A stretch of 64,000 nt of DNA from an uncultured Oscillospiraceae bacterium (GTDB taxonomy: Bacteria; Bacillota; Clostridia; Oscillospirales; Oscillospiraceae): NCBI GenBank assembly GCA_934590355.1, contig CAKTOX010000001.1, positions 69,249 through 133,248 on the forward strand, in the 5' to 3' direction. Each line of letters starts with the position of its first letter. Position 1 is the first letter of the stretch. Below, in pieces: positions 53,345 to 62,537 of this stretch. The notes beneath the pieces are model-generated. The model was not told the origin of the DNA and did no database searches. It was given only the letters and a program-made list of their open reading frames with translations. Position numbers and translations under genes: made by a program.

Positions 53345-54328
53345 TTATTCGCAGAATACTCCTCTGCTCTTTCTGAATGCGCTGATGCGCTCGTCGCGGA
53401 TGACGCCGTCCTTTATGACGGTCGCCTTCTTGAGTGATTCGGGGTATTCGTCAAAGTCCTTTTCGACGATGGTGTCGATGTAGTTTGCAATGCCCTCGCT
53501 GAGAACCTTCGTGACGGTGATGGGGTACATTGCGGGGGTGTTGTCAACGGCGTAGTGGATAACTCCGTCAACGGTGTAGACGGGGTCGTCGATGGTCGTC
53601 GGGTGAGAGGTCTCAATCTCAAGATAGGGGTCGCAGCTCACATCGATGATGAGCGTGCCGGGCTTCATTTTCTTGAGATCCTCCTTGTAGATTATCCTGT
53701 CCGTGCGGGAGGTGTCCCACATGACGCAGTTTATGAGCACGTCGTAATCGAACATATTCTTGCGGAAGAGCTGCTCGAGGCGGTGGCTGTAAACATCGAC
53801 CTTTGCGCCGAGGCCGTGCAGGATGCGCATTGCGCCCTTTGCGGTCTGGCCGTTGCCGAGGATGGCCACGCGGGTGTCATAGGGCATCTTGCCGCAGTAG
53901 CGGAAGGCCTGCATGACGGCTGCCTCGCCCGCGACCTCGCGGTTGCGGTAGAAGATATAGCGGCCGTGCTCGAATATCTCCTCCCACGCGATGACGGTGT
54001 GCTTTTTGCGGATCATGTCGCTTGTAAAATCAATATTCTGCACCGCGTGCGCCCAGCCGAACATTATCTTGCTCCGGCTTATCTCGTCAAGGTAGTCCGC
54101 GTCGCCGAGCTTAACGTCGGTGATGACGTCGCAGGCAAGAGCCTGCTCGCGGGAGACGATGTTCGCACCGTGTGCGCGGTACTCCTCGTCAAGAGCGCCG
54201 ACCGCCTCGCCGTAGCCCTCCTCAAAAAAGAGCTTATCGACGTTTTTTATCTTATCAAGCTGCTCGGGCAGCAGCGCGCGGCGGCCCTCGCCGTTTTTGT
54301 GGCTTATGAGAAATCCTATCGTTTTCAT
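53345..54328 (-). CDS. AlaDH/PNT-family NAD(P)-dependent enzyme, N5-(carboxyethyl)ornithine synthase-like
   Basis: 327 aa from ATG 54328; ERRALLP N-terminal motif, Rossmann ILGNGQTAKGA; the alternative ATG 54355 overlaps the upstream stop. Confidence 0.55.
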   Translation of the reverse strand: MKTIGFLISHKNGEGRRALLPEQLDKIKNVDKLFFEEGYGEAVGALDEEYRAHGANIVSREQALACDVITDVKLGDADYLDEISRSKIMFGWAHAVQNIDFTSDMIRKKHTVIAWEEIFEHGRYIFYRNREVAGEAAVMQAFRYCGKMPYDTRVAILGNGQTAKGAMRILHGLGAKVDVYSHRLEQLFRKNMFDYDVLINCVMWDTSRTDRIIYKEDLKKMKPGTLIIDVSCDPYLEIETSHPTTIDDPVYTVDGVIHYAVDNTPAMYPITVTKVLSEGIANYIDTIVEKDFDEYPESLKKATVIKDGVIRDERISAFRKSRGVFCE

Positions 54329-54348
54329 ATCTTGCTTTTCCTTTCCGT

Positions 54349-56598
54349 TTACCATTTTTTCAGATCGTACCTTTTGGCCTTGAGCGCGAGCTTATCGCGG
54401 AAGAAGGCCTTGAACTCCTCCGAGTGCTCCGCGACCTTGTGCAGATCCTGATGTATGTTTATCTCGATTATCTTGAAGCCGTCGTCGGTTATCGCAATGT
54501 CAAAGCCGAGGTATTCAAGCTCCGGCATGAACCGGCATATATCCGTTATGCCCTTTTTCATGAGCTCCCAGTTGGGCACCGTGCCCTCTATCTCGACTCC
54601 CGTGTCCGGATGTATCGGACAGGGCGTAAAGACGTGGTTTATTATCTTCTGCGGGCAGTAGTAATGTCCCGTGGGTATGTCGATCTTCGCGCAGATGCCG
54701 CCGTAGCCGACGTTGTCGGTGAAGCCCGTGGAGGAGGAGCCGATGCGCATATAGGTCTGCATGATCTTCGGCTCGTATGCCGTCTGATTTACGACCGCGA
54801 CGCGGATCGTGTTGACGGAATAGGGGTAAATTTTCTTGAGCTCGCGGTGCATAAAGAGATACTCGGTGACGATATAAATGGACTTAAACTCCGATATCAT
54901 CGCAACTATCTCGTCCTGCGTCATTTCCTTGCCGTTTATGAGATATTTTTCGCCGTCATACTCCATGCGGTAGAAGCCGTCGCCGTGGGTGCCGGAGGAG
55001 GGCTTGAGCGCGAGCAGCTTTTCGCGGCGCAGCAGGCGGAACAGCTCGTCAAACGATGCGCCGAAGCCCTCGGGAATATCCTGAAGCGCCTTTATGCACG
55101 TTTCGCCCTGCATTTTTATTATGTCGTAATAATACTTGGCGAAATACTGCTTATACGGCTCAAAGACAAATCTCGTCGTCGTTTTGTCGTTTATCCAGAT
55201 CTGATAGTCGTTATTTATTCTGTTGAGCCAGTGATACTGATAATCGGACAGGAAGCTTTTATAATTATCCTTTGTGAGCCCGTACTGCTTTATTCTGAAC
55301 GAGAGGAAGCCGCGCTTATAGCACCATAGCTTCTGCGCAAGCGTCGTGTCCTTGTTGTGGCGCAGATCGTCCCAAACGGAGGTGAGCCAGAGCTTTTCCA
55401 TGTAGGGGCGCATTCCCGGGCGGCAGAAGTGTCGGACAAATGCCTTGTAGCGCTTGTACTTAAACGCCTTGAACCACTTTTCCCTCGTCACGACGACGGT
55501 CTCGCGCTTTTTCTCAAGCCGTTCGAGTAGGAAATCGTTGAGCTGCTTACTGTGCGCGACGGGAGGCAGCTCGGGGTTTGTGTCAACGGAGTCGATTATA
55601 AAGCCGTCGCGCGTCGGGATAATGCCGACGGAGAAGTATTCGATCTCGCTTATAAAGCGTGCAAGGCGCGTGACCTCGGCGCATATTTCGTCCCAGCGCT
55701 CGATTTTTTCGCCGTCTGCGACGCCCTCGCGGGAGACCGCGCGGCAGCTCTCCTTACCGTCAACGAGCTTGGTTTCGTAAAAGTCCAAAAGCCGTGTCGA
55801 GCTCAGCTTCTCGTTTGCAACGTAGATGCGCAGCATCCTCGCCTCCTGCGGCTCGACATTGTACGGCTCTGCTATGACGTAGCCGTATTTAAGGGTAGAA
55901 ATAAGCTCATAGAGGCTATCCTTATCGTAGCTGTCTCGCTTGCAGGGATTTTCCTCAAAGTCCTCGGGCAGCTCCTCGGGAAGCTCGGTGACAAGATACT
56001 CCCTGTCGTACCGGCCGCCCGCAAGCTCCATGCGCGCGCGGCTGAGCTCGGCGGGGAGCAGCTTATATTCGCCCTGCCCCACGCGCACGATCCTGTACGC
56101 GCTGCGGTAGGCGGAAAATCTGTCGGGGCGGATTATGAGCTCGCCCTTTTCCTCAAGCAGCTTTATAAAATCGTCGTAATTTTCGCCGTCCGAGCGCGAA
56201 ACGGTGTCGATCGGGAGAAATATCTTTTTCTCCTCGCGCTCTATGATATTAAAATACAGCCTCGGCAGATGCTCGCGGTAGTCGACGAGAACCTTGTTTG
56301 CGGTCACAAGATCGCGCACCCACTTGGTGAAGCTGTTGTTAAACGGCTTAAGGTACATATAATCCAGATCCGTTATGTAATTCGTCTCGGGATTATTTTT
56401 AAGATCGTACTTTGCGATGCTGTCGGAGAAATACTTATGCTGATGCGCCCATTTCTTATCCGCCCTTGAAACTCCGTTGTCGGTCTCGAGATCCTTTACC
56501 GTCTTTCGATAATATGAATTCGCAAGTCGCCTCGAATAGCCCTGTCTGAGCCAGGGTCGGATAAATATCTCGCGCTTTACGCGGCCTATTATGCCCAT
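54349..56598 (-). CDS. didomain sugar-transfer-associated ATP-grasp (ATPgrasp_ST) protein: degenerate N-terminal copy + intact C-terminal copy
   Basis: 749 aa; C-half LALKPSSGTHGDGFY, TGFTDNVGYGGICAKID, ELEYLGFDIAITDDGFKIIEINIHQD; N-half retains only the fold markers (EIEYFSVGIIPTRDGFIIDSVDTNPE). Confidence 0.7.
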   Translation of the reverse strand: MGIIGRVKREIFIRPWLRQGYSRRLANSYYRKTVKDLETDNGVSRADKKWAHQHKYFSDSIAKYDLKNNPETNYITDLDYMYLKPFNNSFTKWVRDLVTANKVLVDYREHLPRLYFNIIEREEKKIFLPIDTVSRSDGENYDDFIKLLEEKGELIIRPDRFSAYRSAYRIVRVGQGEYKLLPAELSRARMELAGGRYDREYLVTELPEELPEDFEENPCKRDSYDKDSLYELISTLKYGYVIAEPYNVEPQEARMLRIYVANEKLSSTRLLDFYETKLVDGKESCRAVSREGVADGEKIERWDEICAEVTRLARFISEIEYFSVGIIPTRDGFIIDSVDTNPELPPVAHSKQLNDFLLERLEKKRETVVVTREKWFKAFKYKRYKAFVRHFCRPGMRPYMEKLWLTSVWDDLRHNKDTTLAQKLWCYKRGFLSFRIKQYGLTKDNYKSFLSDYQYHWLNRINNDYQIWINDKTTTRFVFEPYKQYFAKYYYDIIKMQGETCIKALQDIPEGFGASFDELFRLLRREKLLALKPSSGTHGDGFYRMEYDGEKYLINGKEMTQDEIVAMISEFKSIYIVTEYLFMHRELKKIYPYSVNTIRVAVVNQTAYEPKIMQTYMRIGSSSTGFTDNVGYGGICAKIDIPTGHYYCPQKIINHVFTPCPIHPDTGVEIEGTVPNWELMKKGITDICRFMPELEYLGFDIAITDDGFKIIEINIHQDLHKVAEHSEEFKAFFRDKLALKAKRYDLKKW

Positions 56599-56737
56599 TA
56601 TGCTGTGTCCTCTCTGCCATAATAAATTATAACAAATAATAAAAAGTTATATAATAAAATGAATTTCCGCATAGGTATCCATTTTAGTCTAAGTATTATA
56701 TTACTTATTTCGGCAAAATTCAACTTAATATAATGAA

Positions 56738-56766
56738 TTGCACATAATGTTGTTATATAGTATAAT
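56738..56766 (+). promoter_or_regulatory. promoter of the second ATP-grasp gene
   Basis: TTGCAC (56738-56743), 17 nt, TATAAT (56761-56766) in a 198-bp very AT-rich divergent spacer. Confidence 0.5.
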
Positions 56767-56796
56767 GATTAAATATCTTAAAATCGGAGTTTTCAC

Positions 56797-58812
56797 ATGA
56801 AAGCATCAAAACTTTTAAAAAGCGGCGCGCTGCTGTTTCGCGGCTTTACCATGGCAACGGCCGCGCAGTGGCTTTATCTTGACGGCATAAAAAAATACAA
56901 GCGTCCGAACAACATCGGCATGAGCGACAAGGAGATATTCTCCCTTCTGCCCTTTGACGCGAAATTCGACAAGCTTTTCGGCGACGCGCTCTCGCTGTCC
57001 TATGCTCTCGATAAGCACTCCGAGCTTCTGCCCGAGCGCTATTACAGTCTTCTCACCCGCGACGGAGAGCGCTTTATTCTCCCGCTCGAAACCGGACTTG
57101 AGCAGAGCCTTGACGGCGTCGTGAGCCTCATCCGCGAAAAGGGCGAGGTTCTCGTGGGCGGCGCATCCAACTCGGTCAAAGCGAAAAGCGCCGTGTATGG
57201 CTTTGACGGGGAGAGCTTTTTCGCTGACGGCAAAGCTCTCGGCGAGGACGAGCTGCGCGAAAGGCTATTAAGGGTGCCCGACGGTACGATAATAACCCAG
57301 CTTATCCGCTCGGACTTTGCGCCGACGCTGCACCTTGCGTTTTTAAACCGCGGCGACGCACCGGAGCTTTTATATTCCGTACTCACCGAGGAGGAGAGCG
57401 GCTGCGCGAAAAACTGGTACACCCAAAACCGTGAGCTGTCCCCCGTTTCCGAGGACGGCAGCTTTAACGGCGGCAGGATCGCGGATTTCGAGCGCATCAA
57501 AAACGAGCTGTGCGCGATAGCGGGCGAATTTTCCGAGCTTGAATACATGAGCTTTGCCGTGCGTATAACGCCCTCGGGCTTTAAGATACTGCGCGTTGAC
57601 ACCGGCGCGGACTTCACCTATCTTGAGCATTTTAACGACAAGGCCGCAAGCTTCATCCGCGAAAAGCGCCGCGCGAAGCCCCGCTTTGTGAGCTTTAAGC
57701 AGGCGCTGCGGATAATCGACCGCTACACATGGAGCATAAGAGCGAAGCGCCGCGGCTTCATGGACTATATGTACCGCGGCTGGAAAAAGGCGCTGCGCGA
57801 GGATAAGCGGGACAAATTCACGACCCGCGAGGAGAAAAAATGGGCTCACGAGCGCGGATTTTTCTCCTACCACATAAAGCAGTACGGTCTTACCGACGAT
57901 AACTGGCGCGAATTTCTCTCCGACCGCGATTACAAATGGCTGCGCCCCATAAACAACGACTACCGCAAGCTTTTATGGGACAAGGTCACCCTGCGCTACT
58001 GTCTGGACAAATACGCAAAATATCTGCCGGAATATTATTTCCACATCGTCCCGCGTGACGGAAAAATGCAGGTGCTCAAAATGCCCGACTGTCCGCAGTA
58101 CATAAGCCGCAGCCTTGAGGGCATCACGGCGCTGCTGCGGGAAAAGAAAATTCTCGCCATGAAGCCCACCGTCGGCTCGCACGGCATAGGCTTTTACAAG
58201 CTGCAATATGACGGCGAGAGCTACGTCGTAAACGGCGAGGCCATGGACGAGGCGCATATGCTCAAATTTCTCGCTGGGCTCAATGACTACTACAACATTT
58301 CCGAGTACATCGTCATGCACGAGAGCCTGCGCAGGATATACAGCGAGGTCGCCTGCACGGTACGCATAATGGTCATAAACCGCACGGGCTTTGACCCCGT
58401 CATCGAGAACGCATATTTCCGCATCGGTACGAAAAGCACGGGCTTTACCGACAACATAGGCTCAGGCGGCGTTTTCGCCTATGTTGATGAGAAAACCGGC
58501 TTCTTCCACGACGCGGAGGTCATAAAGGAGCACGTCATAACCCCCTGCCCCATCCACCCCGATTCGGGCGAAATGATCGAAGGCTACCTTCCGCATTGGG
58601 ACGAGGTGCTGCGCACGCTGCCGGAGCTGTGCCGATACATAAGTCCGCTTGAATACCTCGGCTTTGACGTCGTCATCACGGACGCGGGCTTTAAGATCCT
58701 CGAAATAAACACCCATCAGGATCTGCACCGCTACCCGACCTATAACGAAAACGTCCGCTCGTATTTTATGAATAAGCTCGCTCTCAAAAAGGCAGGCAGG
58801 AAGCTTTGTTAA
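56797..58812 (+). CDS. didomain ATPgrasp_ST protein (paralog of 54349..56598)
   Basis: 671 aa; C-half LAMKPTVGSHGIGFY, TGFTDNIGSGGVFAYVD, PLEYLGFDVVITDAGFKILEINTHQD; N-half ELEYMSFAVRITPSGFKILRVDTGAD without the lysine/glycine motifs. Confidence 0.7.
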   Translation: MKASKLLKSGALLFRGFTMATAAQWLYLDGIKKYKRPNNIGMSDKEIFSLLPFDAKFDKLFGDALSLSYALDKHSELLPERYYSLLTRDGERFILPLETGLEQSLDGVVSLIREKGEVLVGGASNSVKAKSAVYGFDGESFFADGKALGEDELRERLLRVPDGTIITQLIRSDFAPTLHLAFLNRGDAPELLYSVLTEEESGCAKNWYTQNRELSPVSEDGSFNGGRIADFERIKNELCAIAGEFSELEYMSFAVRITPSGFKILRVDTGADFTYLEHFNDKAASFIREKRRAKPRFVSFKQALRIIDRYTWSIRAKRRGFMDYMYRGWKKALREDKRDKFTTREEKKWAHERGFFSYHIKQYGLTDDNWREFLSDRDYKWLRPINNDYRKLLWDKVTLRYCLDKYAKYLPEYYFHIVPRDGKMQVLKMPDCPQYISRSLEGITALLREKKILAMKPTVGSHGIGFYKLQYDGESYVVNGEAMDEAHMLKFLAGLNDYYNISEYIVMHESLRRIYSEVACTVRIMVINRTGFDPVIENAYFRIGTKSTGFTDNIGSGGVFAYVDEKTGFFHDAEVIKEHVITPCPIHPDSGEMIEGYLPHWDEVLRTLPELCRYISPLEYLGFDVVITDAGFKILEINTHQDLHRYPTYNENVRSYFMNKLALKKAGRKLC

Positions 58813-58822
58813 CATTTTTCAG

Positions 58823-58851
58823 GTGACAAAGTCGTTTCGCCGTCGTATAAT
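58823..58851 (+). promoter_or_regulatory. possible internal promoter before the TagF-like gene
   Basis: GTGACA (58823-58828), 17 nt, TATAAT (58846-58851). Confidence 0.4.
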
Positions 58852-58887
58852 TGAGCGAACTATCAAAGGACATAAGATTGGAGTAAT

Positions 58888-60099
58888 ATGACAATTGCAG
58901 TTATTTTGCTGCGCTGGGTGATGAATTTCGTCTATTTCTTTCTGAAGCTCCTCCCCACCGACCGCAGCAAGGTGTTATTCCTCAGCCGTCAATCGAATAC
59001 AGCCACGGAGGATTTCATTTTCCTCGCCGACAGGCTCCGCGAGCTTTGCCCCGCAGTTAAGATCGTCATGATAACAAAGCGCGCGGACAAGGGGCTTTTG
59101 AGCCTGCTCGGCTATGCAGGAGCGACGCTGCGCAGTATGTATCATCTTGCGACGGCGCGCGTGTGCGTGCTCGATTCATACTGGCCCGCGGTGTCCGTGC
59201 TGCATCACAAAAAGCAGCTTGCCGTTATCCAGATGTGGCACGCCATGGGCAAGATAAAAAAATCCGGATATCAGTCGCTCGGCAAGAAATTCGGACGCAG
59301 CGACATGATAGCGCGCGAGATGCGTATGCACCGCAACTATGACGTCGTCATCGCCGGCGGCAGGGCGTTCAATCCCTTCTACTGCGCCTCCTTCGACATA
59401 AGCCCCGATATTCTATATAATGTAGGGCTGCCGAGGATGGATAAGCTGCGCGAGGGCGTTGAGGACGCAAGGCGCGAATTTTACGAGCGCTATCCCAAGC
59501 TGCGCGGCAAGAAGATCGTCCTGTACGCGCCGACCTTCCGCAAGGGGCAGGCGCTCGACCCGAAGGAGCTCGTGCGCGCCTTCCATTTTAACGGGGAGCA
59601 GGTGCTTATAATAAAGCGCCACCCCAACCAGCTTCTCGTCGTTGACAATCTTGCGCCGGCAATGACCTGCCCGGGTATGCCGACCTCGACGATACTTTCG
59701 GTGTGCGACTGCGTCATAACGGACTATTCCGCCATAACGATAGAGGCCGCGCTTCTCGGAAAGCCCGTGTACTTCTACCTTTTCGACTACGAGGACTATC
59801 TTGATCACAACGGGCTCAACGTCAAACTCTTCGACGAATTTCCCGACTGCATCTTCCTTGATCCGGAAAAGCTTGCAGACGCCATAGACAGCGGCGAATA
59901 CGACACGGAAAACTACCGGCGCTTCTGCAAAAAATATCTGCCCGACCAAAGCGGCAGAGCAACGGATAAGATCGCCGGACTTATAATCGACTGCATGGAG
60001 AGAGATAAACATGATGCGATTTCTGAGCAAATTGCTCGCCAAAATAAAATTGACGGTGCTGTGGATAGTGAGGATACTGTTTGCGCCCAATCACTTTAA
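58888..60099 (+). CDS. CDP-glycerol glycerophosphotransferase (TagB/TagF) family protein
   Basis: 403 aa; QMWHAMGKIKK, LYAPTFRKG, IIKRHPNQ, ITDYSAITIEAALLGKPV blocks typical of Glyphos_transf. Confidence 0.8.
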   Translation: MTIAVILLRWVMNFVYFFLKLLPTDRSKVLFLSRQSNTATEDFIFLADRLRELCPAVKIVMITKRADKGLLSLLGYAGATLRSMYHLATARVCVLDSYWPAVSVLHHKKQLAVIQMWHAMGKIKKSGYQSLGKKFGRSDMIAREMRMHRNYDVVIAGGRAFNPFYCASFDISPDILYNVGLPRMDKLREGVEDARREFYERYPKLRGKKIVLYAPTFRKGQALDPKELVRAFHFNGEQVLIIKRHPNQLLVVDNLAPAMTCPGMPTSTILSVCDCVITDYSAITIEAALLGKPVYFYLFDYEDYLDHNGLNVKLFDEFPDCIFLDPEKLADAIDSGEYDTENYRRFCKKYLPDQSGRATDKIAGLIIDCMERDKHDAISEQIARQNKIDGAVDSEDTVCAQSL

Positions 60100-61060
60100 G
60101 CTCCCGCTCTACAAAAGGATACATTACAGCATTTTCGGCGGCTACATGATAGACCAGGTCGCCATGTATGACTTTAAGCACAACGACGAAAAGCAGTACC
60201 TGTCCGAATTTGACTGGTACCGCTCGCGGTGCATAAACGACCCGTACAGCGAGATGCTCAACAACAAGGTCGTTTTCACGCAGATAATAGAGCGCTATTG
60301 CAGCACGCCGGAGATATACTGCGTCAAAAAGGAAAAGCGCCTTGCCGGAATGAACGGCAGGGTCATAAACGGCTATGACGACCTCATCGGTCTGCTGCAC
60401 GAGGTGGGGGCGTTTGTCGTCAAGCCCGTGCGCGCGGGCAAGGGCAAGGGCGTATACGTCGTTAAATATAACGGTCATGGCATAATCTGCAACGACGAGC
60501 CTCACACGGAGGCCGAGCTCGCCGCAAGGCTCGAGCACGACGAGGAGTGGCTCATCTGCGCCTATGCGCATCAGGCGGAATATCTCAACAAGCTCTATGC
60601 AAATTCCGCCAACACCCTGCGCATGATAGTCCTGCGCTCGGCGCAGACGAAGGAGTTTGAGCTGTGCTTTGCCGTGCAGCGCATAGGAGCGGCATGGACG
60701 GGCGCGGTGGATAACGGCAGCCGCGGCGGTCTTGTCGCAAACGTTGACATCGCAACGGGCGAAATGAGCCACGCGCGCACCCTGCATAATCTCACCGTTT
60801 ACGAGACTCACCCCGACACGGGTGCCGCCATCCGGGGCACCGTCATTCCGAATTGGCAGGCACTCAAGCAGGGCGTTCTCGACATAAGCCTCCGCTTTCC
60901 CTATCTTGACATCATCGCATGGGACATTCTCCCGACCGACGACGGCTTCACCGTTATAGAAGCCAACACCTCCTCGGGCGTCAACATCATTCAGCTTTGG
61001 GGACCGCAGCGCTACGGCAGGCTCGGTGATTTCTACCGCGAGCATGGGATAATAAAATGA
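60011..61060 (+). CDS. single-domain ATPgrasp_ST protein
   Basis: 349 aa; VVKPVRAGKGKGVY, GAVDNGSRGGLVANVD, YLDIIAWDILPTDDGFTVIEANTSSG; ATG 60011 lies 6 nt after GGAGAGAG and overlaps the TagF-like gene by 89 nt. Confidence 0.7.
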   Translation: MMRFLSKLLAKIKLTVLWIVRILFAPNHFKLPLYKRIHYSIFGGYMIDQVAMYDFKHNDEKQYLSEFDWYRSRCINDPYSEMLNNKVVFTQIIERYCSTPEIYCVKKEKRLAGMNGRVINGYDDLIGLLHEVGAFVVKPVRAGKGKGVYVVKYNGHGIICNDEPHTEAELAARLEHDEEWLICAYAHQAEYLNKLYANSANTLRMIVLRSAQTKEFELCFAVQRIGAAWTGAVDNGSRGGLVANVDIATGEMSHARTLHNLTVYETHPDTGAAIRGTVIPNWQALKQGVLDISLRFPYLDIIAWDILPTDDGFTVIEANTSSGVNIIQLWGPQRYGRLGDFYREHGIIK

Positions 61061-61653
61061 AATACGTCATAATGGCCGACGGCAAGGGCGGCAGATGGAA
61101 CAATTTCATGGGTCACTCGAAGCAGGAGATCCGCGTTTTCGGCGAGACCCTGCTTGAGCGCACGGTGCGCCTTGTGCATGAGTGCGACGAAAATGCCGAG
61201 GTCATCATCACCTCGCACGATAAAAGCCTTGAGATACCGGGCGCGGTGCGCTATGAGCCGAAAAACAACGTGCTTGAGATCGACCGCTTCACGGCCGAGC
61301 TCATAGGCGACGATATGTGCTTTCTCTACGGCGACGTGGTATATTCCGAAAACGCCGTGAAAACCATCGTTTCCGCGCGCGGCAGGGAGAGCATTTTGTT
61401 CTTTGGCAGCGAAAAAAGCATCTGCGCGGTGCTCATAAGAGACGGCGAGCTTTTCCGCGGGCTTTATCTTGAGATCAGGCGGCTTTTCACCGAGGGGTGC
61501 ATCGCGGAATGTAAGGGCTGGGAGGTCTATCACCTGTATGCGCAGCTTCCGCTGTGCTCGCGCGAGATAGGCAAAAGCTACGTCCTTCTCGACAGCTTTA
61601 CCCGCGATTTTAACACTCCGGAAGACTTTCTAAACTCCGAGTTCAAAAATTGA
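61057..61653 (+). CDS. small nucleotidyltransferase-like protein (MobA/LicC-like GT-A fold)
   Basis: 198 aa; N-terminal YVIMADGKGGRW resembles the GxGxR nucleotidyltransferase loop; ATGA overlap with the preceding gene. Confidence 0.4.
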   Translation: MKYVIMADGKGGRWNNFMGHSKQEIRVFGETLLERTVRLVHECDENAEVIITSHDKSLEIPGAVRYEPKNNVLEIDRFTAELIGDDMCFLYGDVVYSENAVKTIVSARGRESILFFGSEKSICAVLIRDGELFRGLYLEIRRLFTEGCIAECKGWEVYHLYAQLPLCSREIGKSYVLLDSFTRDFNTPEDFLNSEFKN

Positions 61654-61759
61654 TATGGAATTCTTAATAAGACTGTGTTATAATTGTGTGATTATATGGG
61701 CATTTTCGCCCTGCAAATATCATTATACACGGTCTTATTTTTTAAGGAGATAACGTTTT

Positions 61760-62527
61760 ATGACTTCAGACAAGACCAACCGCGGTTTTCTTCTTGTTGA
61801 GCTTATAAGGCGAGATTTTGTGAAAAAATACAAGCGCACTACCTTCGGCATACTTTGGAGTGCGCTTTCGCCGCTGTTTCTGCTGCTGACGATGGACGTC
61901 GTGTTCGGTACGTTTTTCGGCCGCAATATGCCGCACTACACCATTTACCTGTTTTGCGGCCTGCTGCTGTTTAACTACTTCGCCGCGGCAACGCGAAGCG
62001 CCATGCGCGTGTTGTATGACAATGCGCCCATTTACAGCAAGGTGCCCGTTCCCAAGCACTATTTTCTCATCTCGCAGAGCGTTGCGCAGTTTATCGATTT
62101 TCTCGTTTCGCTGCTGGTGTTTTTCATTTTCGTTGCGATCGACGGGATCGAGTTCCACACGCGCTTTTTCTACCTGCTCTACCCCATCGTATGCCTTTAT
62201 TTCATGAACTTCGGCATAGGGCTTTTCCTCAGCACCCTCTACATCTTCTTCCGCGACGTCAACTATCTCTGGCCCGTCGTGACGAGGATAATCATGTACG
62301 CCTCGGCGATTTTCTACGATGTTTCCATTCTGCCTGGCATCATGCGCAGGCTTTTGAACTGCAACCCGCTGTATATGTGCGTAAGCTACTTCCGCGAGCT
62401 TATAATCCACTCGACCGTGCCGAACATTTCAACGCATCTCGTGCTGGGTGCAATGGCGGCGTTCTGTATGCTCGGCGGCTGGTTTACCTACCGCATCGCG
62501 CGCGATAAGATCGCGCTGTACGTGTAA
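61760..62527 (+). CDS. tagG: ABC-2-type polymer export permease (TagG-like)
   Basis: 255 aa, six helices; N-terminal LLVELIRRDFVKKYKRTTFGILWSALSPL signature of teichoic-acid/O-antigen exporters. Confidence 0.8.
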   Translation: MTSDKTNRGFLLVELIRRDFVKKYKRTTFGILWSALSPLFLLLTMDVVFGTFFGRNMPHYTIYLFCGLLLFNYFAAATRSAMRVLYDNAPIYSKVPVPKHYFLISQSVAQFIDFLVSLLVFFIFVAIDGIEFHTRFFYLLYPIVCLYFMNFGIGLFLSTLYIFFRDVNYLWPVVTRIIMYASAIFYDVSILPGIMRRLLNCNPLYMCVSYFRELIIHSTVPNISTHLVLGAMAAFCMLGGWFTYRIARDKIALYV

Positions 62528-62537
62528 GGAGGGCACC

